Origin: Anaerolineae bacterium
GTDB taxonomy: Bacteria > Chloroflexota > Anaerolineae > DUEN01
Assembly (NCBI GenBank): GCA_034432955.1
Contig: DAOUBB010000086.1
Span: 4,839-68,838 of the forward strand
Reading direction: 5' to 3'
DNA: 64,000 nt
In this document: positions 56,097-64,000 of the stretch, in pieces
Layout of the letters: each line of letters opens with the position of its first letter
Position numbering within the stretch: the first letter of the stretch is position 1
Position numbers and translations under genes: made by a program
Notes under the pieces: generated by a model
What the model was told of the DNA's origin: nothing
The model's database searches: none
What the model saw: the letters and a program-made list of their open reading frames with translations, nothing else

Positions 56097-57152
56097 TCAT
56101 GTGTACCGGATACGCGGATCCAGTACGCCATACAAGATATCCACCACCAGATTGGCGATCACCAGAAATACCACATACAACAGGATCGTGCCCATAATGA
56201 CGGGATAATCCCGGTTCGTAATGCTGACGACGAAGTATTTTCCCATGCCCGGGATGCCGAAGATCAGCTCGGTCACGAATGTGCCCGTGACCAGGGCAGC
56301 GAACATGGGCCCGAGGACGGTCACCACGGGGATCAGCGCGTTCTTGAGCGCATGTCGGGTAATGACCACGCGCTCGGTCAGGCCCTTCGCCCGCGCGGTG
56401 CGGATGTAATCCTCGCGGATCACCTGAAGCAGGCTTGCCCGCGTCAGGCGTGCGATGATCGCCGAGCTTCCCATCCCCAGCGCCACCGACGGCATGATGG
56501 CGTACTTGAAGAACTCGATGCCTAGGTTAGTGGGAAAGATCCCCAGGAAGTAAGGCGGCTTGGCTCCCCAACCGGTGGGAGGGAGCCATTTGAGGGTCAC
56601 CCCGAAGATCCAGACCAGAATCGGGCCGAGCACGATCACCGGGACGGAGACCCCGAAGATCGCCACGCTCATGCCCAGATAGTCCCAGATCGTGTTCTGC
56701 TTGAGCGCGGCGAGAACGCCCAGGGGGATGCCGATGGCAAGGGCAACCATCAGGGCCATCACCCCAAGCTGCGCGGAGATCGGCAATTGCTGGCGGAAGA
56801 TATCGTTCACCGTCCGGCTACGTGAGCTGTAGGAGGGCCCAAAGTTCATCCACTTCACCCACACGCCGCCGAGGTTGATGTTGATGAGGTGATCGTCTTG
56901 GAGGGAGTTGCTGGGCGGCTTGGTGGTGATGTGAGGGATCATCACATCGTAGACATACCGCGCGTATTGCTTGGGCAAAGGCTCATCGAGGCGATACCGC
57001 GCGTTGAGGTTCTCCATGATCTCTTTCGGCAGCGATTTCTCGCGATCAAACGGCCCGCCTGGGATCGCGTGCATCAGGACGAACGTGATCACCGAAACGA
57101 CAAATAAAACCAGCAACATCCAGATAAAACGACGTGCGATATACCGCCCCAT
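56097..57152 (-). CDS. oligopeptide-type ABC permease (DppB-like)
   Basis: MGRYIARRFIWMLLVLFVVSVITFVLMHAIPGGPFD is a typical DppB/OppB N-terminus. Confidence 0.85.
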   Translation of the reverse strand: MGRYIARRFIWMLLVLFVVSVITFVLMHAIPGGPFDREKSLPKEIMENLNARYRLDEPLPKQYARYVYDVMIPHITTKPPSNSLQDDHLININLGGVWVKWMNFGPSYSSRSRTVNDIFRQQLPISAQLGVMALMVALAIGIPLGVLAALKQNTIWDYLGMSVAIFGVSVPVIVLGPILVWIFGVTLKWLPPTGWGAKPPYFLGIFPTNLGIEFFKYAIMPSVALGMGSSAIIARLTRASLLQVIREDYIRTARAKGLTERVVITRHALKNALIPVVTVLGPMFAALVTGTFVTELIFGIPGMGKYFVVSITNRDYPVIMGTILLYVVFLVIANLVVDILYGVLDPRIRYT

Positions 57153-57287
57153 ACCAGACTCCACAAACCACAGCCGAGATGGGCCATCCAGGCTTTGACA
57201 TCGGTGTTGCACGGACGATCGGCTCTCAGCAGCCTCCGAACAAGACAGGAGGAGGGGCGGCCCCTCCTCCCGTTCCCAGCCTCTGTT

Positions 57288-59102
57288 TTACTGGACGATG
57301 TCCCACTTCTCGATGTGCTCAAGGCCGCCGAGCACCGAGAAGGTGCGTTGTACGTACGGCTTCGTCACGGTGACCCGAGTGTACCAGTAGATGGGAGCGA
57401 TCACCGCGTCCTCCCAGACCAGGATCTGCTCCGCCTGCGCGTACAGCTCGACTCGCTTGGCCGGGTCCTGCTCCCTGGCGGCCTGCACCACCAGCTCCTC
57501 GAACTTGGGATTCTCCCAGTTCACGCCACCGCCCTCTTTCGGATTCGCCGATCCGCCCTTCGAGAACACCTCACGGACGAAGTTGTTGGCATCCGGGTAG
57601 TCCTGGCACCAACCTAGCCGCCAGATCTGCGGAGTGGCCTGTGGATCGCGGATCGTCTCCAGGTAGACCTTCCACTCCTGATTGGTCAGCTTCACGTTAA
57701 TGCCCAGCCCATCCTTCCACATCTGCTGGATGGCTTCGGCGATCTTCTGATGCCCGGAAGCCGTGTTGAACATCAAGGTGAGGTCTAGCTGGTCCGCCGT
57801 CAGCCCCTTCTCCTGCAGGTACTCGTCCAGGAGCTTCTTGGCCTCTTCGGGGTTGTACTTCACGCCCAGGTCGGGATGGGTCTCCATGGTCGGCGCGCCG
57901 GCCAGGCCCGGCCGCGAGAACCACTGGGCCGGCTCCTGCCCACCCTTGAGGACGTTGTCGATCAGGCTCTGGCGGTCGATGGCCATGGACAGCGCGCGGC
58001 GCACGCGCACGTCATCGACCACCGGTGCCTTGGTGTTGAAGCCGTAGTAGTAGGTGCACAGCACCGGGGCGATCTTCAGCTCCTGGGAGAGCACCGGATC
58101 GGCCTTCACGCGATCTATGTCGGCCAACGGCACACCGGCGGAATCCAGATTGCCCGCCTCATACTCGGCGAAGGCCGGGGCCTCATCCAGCATGGTCCAG
58201 GTGATCTCATCAATCTTGGCCTGCGGGACGCTGTCGGTGCCGGGCCAGAACGGATTCTTCACCAGGGTGATGCTGGCGTCGTGGATCCACTCCTTCAGCG
58301 TGTACGGACCATACCCCTGGAAGAAGCCAGTCTCCGTCCAGCGGTCGCCGCGCGCCTCGGTGCAGTCGTCGCCCTCGATAAGCCACTTGGGCTGGGCATG
58401 GGCCACCCACATGCCGGCGATGTTGGCGTTGTAGGCCGCGGGCTCCTTGAAGGTGATCTGCAGCGTGTAGGTGTCCACCACCGTGACGCCGACCTGGGCC
58501 GTATCGGTGATCTTGCCGCTGTTGTACAGATCAGCGCCCTGGATGGCGAAGGCCAACACGTAGGCGTAGTCGGAGGCGGTGTCCGGGTTCAAGGTGCGCA
58601 GGATGCCGTACTGGAAGTCATAGGCGTTCACAATGCGCGGATTGCCGTTGCAATCCTGCACCTGTACGACCTGATCCTGGGTCGCGTCGTACTTGACCCA
58701 GGGCACATTGTCGCGCAGATGGAAGGTGTAGGTCAGGCCATCCTCGGAGATGTCCCAGGAGGTCGCCATGCCAGGCTCGATGGCGGTGGTCTCCTCGTTC
58801 TGGCGGGTGAGGCCGACGGTGGTCAGCTCCACAATCTGCACGGACGACGTGTCGGTGGAAAGCGCCGGGTCAATCGTCGGGATGTCGCCAGGGCCCATGT
58901 TCAGCCGCAACACCTTGGGACCAGGCGGAGCGGGAGCCGGGGTCGGCGTCACCACCACCTCCTTTACCACCTCCTTTTCGACGACGACGGTCTCCTTCAC
59001 CACCTCCTTGACGACCTCAGGGGTTGGCGAAGGGCAGGCTGTCAGCACCAGGCTCGTGACGACGAGCACGGCGGCTACCATAGCCCACTTCTTGTGCATC
59101 AT
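57288..59102 (-). CDS. ABC transporter substrate-binding lipoprotein, family 5
   Basis: MMHKKWAMVAAVLVVTSLVLTAC lipoprotein signal. GGAGGAG RBS. 604 aa. Confidence 0.85.
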   Translation of the reverse strand: MMHKKWAMVAAVLVVTSLVLTACPSPTPEVVKEVVKETVVVEKEVVKEVVVTPTPAPAPPGPKVLRLNMGPGDIPTIDPALSTDTSSVQIVELTTVGLTRQNEETTAIEPGMATSWDISEDGLTYTFHLRDNVPWVKYDATQDQVVQVQDCNGNPRIVNAYDFQYGILRTLNPDTASDYAYVLAFAIQGADLYNSGKITDTAQVGVTVVDTYTLQITFKEPAAYNANIAGMWVAHAQPKWLIEGDDCTEARGDRWTETGFFQGYGPYTLKEWIHDASITLVKNPFWPGTDSVPQAKIDEITWTMLDEAPAFAEYEAGNLDSAGVPLADIDRVKADPVLSQELKIAPVLCTYYYGFNTKAPVVDDVRVRRALSMAIDRQSLIDNVLKGGQEPAQWFSRPGLAGAPTMETHPDLGVKYNPEEAKKLLDEYLQEKGLTADQLDLTLMFNTASGHQKIAEAIQQMWKDGLGINVKLTNQEWKVYLETIRDPQATPQIWRLGWCQDYPDANNFVREVFSKGGSANPKEGGGVNWENPKFEELVVQAAREQDPAKRVELYAQAEQILVWEDAVIAPIYWYTRVTVTKPYVQRTFSVLGGLEHIEKWDIVQ

Positions 59103-59306
59103 GATCTCCTCCTACTGACTTGATTTTCCTTAACTGATCAGCGATCAAGCACGCGAAGCTCAGCCAGCGAAGCTGTTGACGCGAGCACGGCCAGACCAAT
59201 CAGCGCTCGACCACCTCCCCTCCCCGATCGCGGCATTGAGTTCGGTTCCATAGGCGTTCAGGAAACGAGAGGCACGAGGCCTCCCTCACCCCTGACACTT
59301 CAGCAG

Positions 59307-59318
59307 GTCACGCGTGAC
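59307..59318. promoter_or_regulatory. perfect 12-bp palindrome GTCACGCGTGAC, overlapped by GACGCGTC, in the intra-operon gap
   Basis: In the 262-bp gap between the ATPase genes and the first binding-protein gene. Confidence 0.3.
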
Positions 59319-59364
59319 GCGTCGCGAGCGACAAGGGAAAAAGAGGCTGGAAGGCTGCCTCCCC

Positions 59365-60366
59365 TCAGTAGAGAAAACATGCCACATAATGCTCGTTGCC
59401 GACGTTCTTGAACTCCGGCTCCTGTTCGCGGCAAATATCCATCACACGCGGGCAGCGAGTGCAGAAGTGGCATCCCTTCGGTGGATTCGCCGGGCTGGGC
59501 ACATCCCCTTCCAGGATGATGCGCTGCCGCCTGGACTCCACCACCGGGTCCGGAATCGGCACGGCGGATAGCAGGGCCTGCGTGTAGGGATGCAAGGGAC
59601 TGGTGTAAAGGGTGTCCCGATCCGTCATCTCGACGATCTTGCCCAGATACATCACGGCGACCCGGTCCGAGATATGGCGGACCACGGACAGGTCGTGCGC
59701 GATGAAGAGATACGTCAGGCCGAACTGCTCCTGTAGCTCCTCCAGCAGGTTGATGATCTGCGCCTGGATCGAAACATCCAGGGCCGAGATGGGCTCGTCA
59801 CACACAATGAAGTCCGGGTTCACCGCCAGAGCCCGAGCGATCCCGATGCGCTGTCGCTGGCCACCGGAAAACTCGTGAGGATACCGGTTGATGAAGTAGG
59901 GGTTCAGGCCGACGACCTGCAATAATTCCATCACCCGATCCCGCTTTTCCTTGCCACGGGCAATGTGGTGAACCTCCAGCGGCTCCCCGATGATGTTGCC
60001 GACGGTCATGCGCGGGTTCAGCGACGCATACGGGTCCTGGAAGATCATCTGCATCTTACGGCGTTGCCGGCGGAGCTGCTCGCCCTTCATCTGGGTCAGG
60101 TCCACCCCTTCAAAGTAGACATGCCCGGCCGTGGGCCGATACAGTTGCAGGATGGCACGGCCCGTCGTGGACTTGCCGCAGCCGGATTCCCCGACCAGCC
60201 CCAGGGTCTCGCCGCGCCGGATGTAGAAGTCAATCCCATCCACCGCTTTGATGCTCCCCACCTGACGTTGCAAGATGATGCCCTGGGTGATGGGGAAGTA
60301 CATCTTGAGCCCTTCCACCTTCAGCAACAAATCGCCATCACGAGCGAACTGCTTCGTCTCCGCCAT
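59365..60366 (-). CDS. oligopeptide-type ABC ATP-binding protein (DppF-like)
   Basis: Walker [21 protein letters not shown] at 60366 overlaps the upstream stop (TGATG). Confidence 0.85.
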   Translation of the reverse strand: MAETKQFARDGDLLLKVEGLKMYFPITQGIILQRQVGSIKAVDGIDFYIRRGETLGLVGESGCGKSTTGRAILQLYRPTAGHVYFEGVDLTQMKGEQLRRQRRKMQMIFQDPYASLNPRMTVGNIIGEPLEVHHIARGKEKRDRVMELLQVVGLNPYFINRYPHEFSGGQRQRIGIARALAVNPDFIVCDEPISALDVSIQAQIINLLEELQEQFGLTYLFIAHDLSVVRHISDRVAVMYLGKIVEMTDRDTLYTSPLHPYTQALLSAVPIPDPVVESRRQRIILEGDVPSPANPPKGCHFCTRCPRVMDICREQEPEFKNVGNEHYVACFLY

Positions 60367-61349
60367 CAGTTCTGCGCTCCCCTGACATCCACCCAACAAG
60401 CCACGCGATGGGCCCTCGCCACCGTCTCCAGAGGCGGGTTCTCCTCCCAGCACCGGTCAATCCGATACGAGCAACGCGGGGCGAAAGGACAACCCTTTGG
60501 CGGATCAATCAGATCGGGAGGCAGCCCCTCGATGGGCTGCAGCTTGGCTTGTCGTCCCCTGTCCAGCCTCGGGATCGAGCGAAGCAATCCCAACGTGTAC
60601 GGATGCCTTGGATCCGCATACAAATCGTGCACACCAGCCTCTTCCACAATGTAGCCAGCATACATCACGATCACCCGTTCGGCCAGGCCGGCGACCACGC
60701 CCAGATCGTGCGTGATCCAGATCATCGCCATGCCGATCTCGTTCTTCAGACGCTTCACCAGGTCCAGAATCTGGGCCTGGATCGTCACGTCGAGGGCCGT
60801 GGTGGGCTCGTCCGCGATGAGAAGCTGAGGGTTACAAGAGAGGCCCATCGCGATCATCACGCGCTGGCGCATGCCACCCGAGAACTGATGCGGGTAATCG
60901 TCAATCCGCTTGGCCGCGTCGGGGATGCCGACCATCTCCAGCAGCTCGATGGAGCGCTGACGCGCCTGCTGTTTGTTCATCCCCAGGTGCAACTGCAACG
61001 CCTCGCCGACCTGTTGACCAATCGTTAGCACCGGGTTCAGCGAGGTCATCGGGTCTTGGAAGATCATGGCGATGCGGTTGCCACGCACCTGTCGGAGCTC
61101 GTCTTCGCTTAACTTCAGCAAATCGCGCCCGTCAAACCACACCTCGCCATCCACGATCTTGCCGGGAGGCTGCGGGATCAGCCGGATCAGGGACAATACC
61201 CCTACGCTCTTCCCGCACCCGCTTTCCCCCACGATCGCCAGCGTCTCGCCTTCGTTTAACGTGTAGGAAATGCCGTTGACGGCGTGAACCACGCCATCCT
61301 GGGTGAAGAACTGGGTGCGCAGATTCTTCACCTCTAACAAGGTCCCCAT
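60366..61349 (-). CDS. oligopeptide-type ABC ATP-binding protein (DppD-like)
   Basis: Walker [18 protein letters not shown]. Start at the ATG at 61349, preceded by GAGGAGGAGGGG. Confidence 0.85.
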   Translation of the reverse strand: MGTLLEVKNLRTQFFTQDGVVHAVNGISYTLNEGETLAIVGESGCGKSVGVLSLIRLIPQPPGKIVDGEVWFDGRDLLKLSEDELRQVRGNRIAMIFQDPMTSLNPVLTIGQQVGEALQLHLGMNKQQARQRSIELLEMVGIPDAAKRIDDYPHQFSGGMRQRVMIAMGLSCNPQLLIADEPTTALDVTIQAQILDLVKRLKNEIGMAMIWITHDLGVVAGLAERVIVMYAGYIVEEAGVHDLYADPRHPYTLGLLRSIPRLDRGRQAKLQPIEGLPPDLIDPPKGCPFAPRCSYRIDRCWEENPPLETVARAHRVACWVDVRGAQN

Positions 61350-61485
61350 GCACCCCTCCTCCTCACCATAGGGCAAAACCTCCGAACCTCAAAAGAACAG
61401 GCGACCCGCCATGAACGCTCCTCCATTCAGGACACGGAACACTTGGGTAGCATAGGGTCGCCCAATACTTTCAAAATTCCGAGGT

Positions 61486-61514
61486 ATACTAGCACAGGGG
61501 TTGCCCCTTGTCAA
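61486..61514 (-). promoter_or_regulatory. consensus-like sigma70 promoter (TTGACA-17-TAGTAT) for the two-binding-protein operon
   Basis: On the minus strand, -35 at 61514..61509 and -10 at 61491..61486. Confidence 0.5.
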
Positions 61515-62008
61515 GCATTTTGACCCTTTGCGATTTCCGAAGTCGTAGAGCTTTCGGAACTCTGGCGGATGGCCAGGGCGCGCCGGATCATGGCCATCGT
61601 CTCCGGCCGAAGCCGATACTGATCGAGCTGATCCGGCGGCACCCAGACGGCATCGCTGACGTCCGAGGAGGTGCGAAGCGTCCCGCCAGCGTAGCAGGCC
61701 AGGTAATCGAGCACGACATAATGAAAACGGACAGCCCCCGCCGCATCGCGCTCGATGGGCTGAAAGACCCCCACCAACGGCCCCACCTGCACCTCGATAC
61801 CGCATTCCTCGCGCACCTCCCGCCACACCGCCTCATCGAGCAGCTCTCCCAGCTCCACCAGCCCGCCCGGCAGCGACCACTCCCCGGCTCGCGGCGGCTG
61901 TCGGCGCTGCACCAGCAGCACGCAGCCGTCCTCGCGCACGACTACAGCCCCCACGCCCACCAGCGGATGATCCGGATACTCACGCCTCAAAGCCGAACTC
62001 CTCCTCAT
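61511..62008 (-). CDS. NUDIX hydrolase
   Basis: Nudix box GGLVELGELLDEAVWREVREECGI. Start uncertain: ATG at 62008 overlaps the HAD gene by 29 nt; GTG at 61960 or 61954 would not overlap. Confidence 0.7.
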   Translation of the reverse strand: MRRSSALRREYPDHPLVGVGAVVVREDGCVLLVQRRQPPRAGEWSLPGGLVELGELLDEAVWREVREECGIEVQVGPLVGVFQPIERDAAGAVRFHYVVLDYLACYAGGTLRTSSDVSDAVWVPPDQLDQYRLRPETMAMIRRALAIRQSSESSTTSEIAKGQNA

Positions 62009-62789
62009 CGCCGCTGGCATAGGACCATCCCCACTCCGCCGACCATTTCTCAACGATGGGGATTACCTCCGGCAACTCGTGAACGACCGCGTCCGGCACC
62101 ACCGAATCCCGCCAGGAAGCGTTATCGGGGTTCGGGACGATATCCGCCCAGATCGCCCACATCTGGGCGTCTTGAGCCCCCTTGACGTCCATCTCCAGGC
62201 TATCGCCCACCATGACCGCCTCATAGCCCAGCACATCCAGCCGTTCCAGGGCGAGCTGGAAGATCTCCTGGCGCGGCTTACGCCACTCCACCGCCGCCGA
62301 GGTGAGCACCAGCGCCAGGTATGGTCGCAAGCCCAACCGATCAATCTCGCCCTGAATCAGACGGTCGCTGGTGGCGTTGGAGATCACCCCGAGCCGATAC
62401 CCCCGGGCACCCAGCGTTGCCAGCGTCTCCCGCGCGCCCGGGATCAGCACACGCTGCTCGCACTCCGGCGTGAAGAAGATGTCAACGGCCTGTTGAATCA
62501 GGTCTCGACTGGGCTTTCCGTGACCGTAAAACTGGAGCAGGAAGGCCAGCGTGTCGTCCGCGGTGTGCTCCTCCTGCTCCTGGCGAGCCTTCTGGGCGGC
62601 AAAGCGTCGCGCCGCCAACCATTGCTCGGCGAAGTCGGCCGGCAGCGACAGGCCCTGCGCCTGCAGCCATCGCACCATGCGTGCCGCGCCCTCCGCCATC
62701 ACCTCTTGCCACGAGCGCTGCAGGGTCGTTAGCGTGTCGCCGAAGTCAAAGAACACCGCCTGTATCGCTGCGTGCTGTTGTGTTCTCAC
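61980..62789 (-). CDS. HAD-superfamily hydrolase
   Basis: Motif I VFFDFGDTL; downstream HAD motifs (ISNATS, VGDS). Confidence 0.7.
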   Translation of the reverse strand: MRTQQHAAIQAVFFDFGDTLTTLQRSWQEVMAEGAARMVRWLQAQGLSLPADFAEQWLAARRFAAQKARQEQEEHTADDTLAFLLQFYGHGKPSRDLIQQAVDIFFTPECEQRVLIPGARETLATLGARGYRLGVISNATSDRLIQGEIDRLGLRPYLALVLTSAAVEWRKPRQEIFQLALERLDVLGYEAVMVGDSLEMDVKGAQDAQMWAIWADIVPNPDNASWRDSVVPDAVVHELPEVIPIVEKWSAEWGWSYASGDEEEFGFEA

Positions 62790-62832
62790 CGTTCACACCT
62801 CACTTCCGGGGGTGTCTGATCGAGATGTCCTT

Positions 62833-63813
62833 TCACAAAAGGCCGTGTTCGCGATACCAATGGAACGTCTTGCCGATGGCCTCCTCCGGCACCGTCGGCG
62901 GCAGGCCCAGCTCGCGCACAGCTTTGGCGCTGCTAAAATAGAAATAGCGAGTGGAAAGGCGGAGCTGCTCGGCGCTCATCGGGAGCGGTCGCGGCCAAAT
63001 CCTCTCGATCAGGCCGAGCAGGGCAGCTAGCCAAGGGACCAGGGGCGCCGGCAGCACCCCGATCGGCGGCCGCTGTCCGACAACCTTGGCTACCAGGCAA
63101 AGGGTCTCCCAGTGCGTCAGGTTCACGCCGCCCAGGATGTACCGCTCGCCCACGCGGCCGCGCTCCGCCGCCGCGATGTGCCCGGCCGCCACGGCCTCCA
63201 CGTCCACCAGGTTCATGCCGCCCGGCACGGCAAGGGGGATCCACCGGCGATATACCTCCCGCACCAACGAGCCGGAGATCAGGTTGACATCCCGCGGGCC
63301 CAGGATCACGCACGGGTTCACGATCACAGCAGGCAATCCCCGCTCGACGGCGGCCATCACCTCCAACTCGCCCAGATGCTTGCTGTGCCCGTAGCGAAAG
63401 GCCCGAGGCGACAGGTTGAACGTCATGGACTCGTCGCCGATCTGGCCATTGGGGGGAGCCCCCAGCGCCGCCACCGATGAGGTGTGCACCACGCGCTCGA
63501 CGCCAGCTTCCAGCGCGGCCGCCATCACGTGCCGCGTGCCAACCACATTGAGCTGATACAGCCTGTCCGGCTTTGATCGCCAGTAGTCGGCCGCGCCGGC
63601 GGCATGGAAGACCCAATCGCAGCCGGACATCGCCCGGCGCAACGAGTCCGCGTCGAGAATGTCCCCAATGATCTCTTCGTACTCCAGGCCGGCCAGCGCG
63701 TCCAGCCGGGACGTGGGCCGGCGCAGGATGCGCACCCTGTGCCCACGAGCCGAAAGCGCCGCCACCAGGTTCGCGCCGACGAAGCCCGTAGCGCCCGTCA
63801 CTAATGCACGCAT
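62833..63813 (-). CDS. NAD-dependent epimerase/dehydratase family protein
   Basis: MRALVTGATGFVGANLV Rossmann motif; YxxxK region. 326 aa. Confidence 0.8.
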   Translation of the reverse strand: MRALVTGATGFVGANLVAALSARGHRVRILRRPTSRLDALAGLEYEEIIGDILDADSLRRAMSGCDWVFHAAGAADYWRSKPDRLYQLNVVGTRHVMAAALEAGVERVVHTSSVAALGAPPNGQIGDESMTFNLSPRAFRYGHSKHLGELEVMAAVERGLPAVIVNPCVILGPRDVNLISGSLVREVYRRWIPLAVPGGMNLVDVEAVAAGHIAAAERGRVGERYILGGVNLTHWETLCLVAKVVGQRPPIGVLPAPLVPWLAALLGLIERIWPRPLPMSAEQLRLSTRYFYFSSAKAVRELGLPPTVPEEAIGKTFHWYREHGLL

Positions 63814-63816
63814 GCC

Positions 63817-64000
63817 TAATGCAAGGATTCCTCCAGTGGGCGATCGAAGACGCCATGGTCCCGGAACCAGGCCACGGCGTCGGCCAGGGTTTCGGCCAGT
63901 GGGCGAGGCCGGAATCCCAATTCCCGCTGCGCCTTTGTACTGTCAACCCACTGGCCGGCCTGGATCGCTTCCAGCAGGTAAGCCAGGGGAACGCTCCCCG
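63817..64000 (-). CDS. partial CDS (C-terminus only): second NAD-dependent epimerase/dehydratase-like protein
   Basis: The minus-strand translation ends ...VDSTKAQRELGFRPRPLAETLADAVAWFRDHGVFDRPLEESLH. It resembles the C-terminus of the adjacent epimerase (...AKAVRELGLPPTVPEEAIGKTFHWYREHGLL). The gene continues beyond the window. Confidence 0.5.

Noticed and set aside
62933-63946. 337-aa minus-strand ORF overlapping the epimerase gene in another frame
   Set aside because: R/G/A/P-rich nonsense. The epimerase frame has the GATGFVG Rossmann motif.

Overview
This is 64 kb of high-GC (about 64 to 65 %) bacterial chromosomal DNA. Gene content and organisation (many Tat-type lipoprotein substrate-binding proteins, GTG/TTG starts, a complete F1Fo atp operon) fit a Chloroflexota-like or other high-GC lineage, but I cannot assign the organism from sequence alone. 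The window is densely coding and mostly housekeeping and carbohydrate-uptake genes. No tRNA, rRNA, CRISPR array, transposase or integrase was recognised.

Layout, start to end:
- hemL (364..1647), on the plus strand.
- A minus-strand metal-homeostasis operon (5441 down to 1745): a DtxR-family regulator, a Tat-secreted two-domain multicopper oxidase, a ZIP transporter and ferritin.
- A glycan-utilisation locus (5882..14798): a LacI regulator, a family-1 substrate-binding protein, two permeases, a GH51 arabinofuranosidase and a GH2 hydrolase.
- A nucleotidyltransferase and a DMT transporter, then a minus-strand Gfo/Idh/MocA oxidoreductase (15377..17388).
- rimI, tsaB and tsaE on the minus strand (17552..19467).
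- A GH38 alpha-mannosidase (19741..22614), followed by a HicB/HicA toxin-antitoxin pair and a PfkB sugar kinase.
- A 1151-aa protein (24099..27554) with a double zinc ribbon, a Ser/Thr-kinase-like domain and seven Ig-like repeats of about 100 aa.
- mreB, convergent with that protein.
- The complete atp operon on the minus strand (35854 down to 28654): atpZ-like, atpB, atpE, atpF, atpH, atpA, atpG, atpD, atpC.
- obg and nadD.
- A lower-GC patch (about 38.1 to 40.3 kb) with two proteins that each consist of a CBS-domain pair, flanking a small two-TM hypothetical protein.
- A second family-1 sugar ABC operon (40342..43625) and a 454-aa pentapeptide-repeat membrane protein.
- An Opp-like operon (OppF, OppD, OppC, OppB and a family-5 binding protein) with its own LacI regulator, then an SDR oxidoreductase.
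- A second Dpp/Opp-like operon, arranged ATPase, ATPase, binding protein, permease, permease, binding protein, so it carries two binding proteins.
- Nudix and HAD hydrolases and two tandem NAD-dependent epimerase genes; the last runs off the window.

The most interesting items:
- The kinase-like giant protein, whose catalytic loop is degenerate.
- The DtxR, multicopper oxidase, ZIP and ferritin operon, with a candidate DtxR box.
- A 52-bp tandem repeat array carrying two hairpins per unit, between the dtxR and lacI promoters.
- The operon with two substrate-binding proteins.
- A family of GAAGGCA(A/G)TGCCTTC-centred hairpins at gene ends.
- A heptamer repeat upstream of the pentapeptide-repeat gene.
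- A 418-bp non-coding leader in the CBS island.

I found no clearly novel defence or mobile system. The candidates above are the places I would look first.
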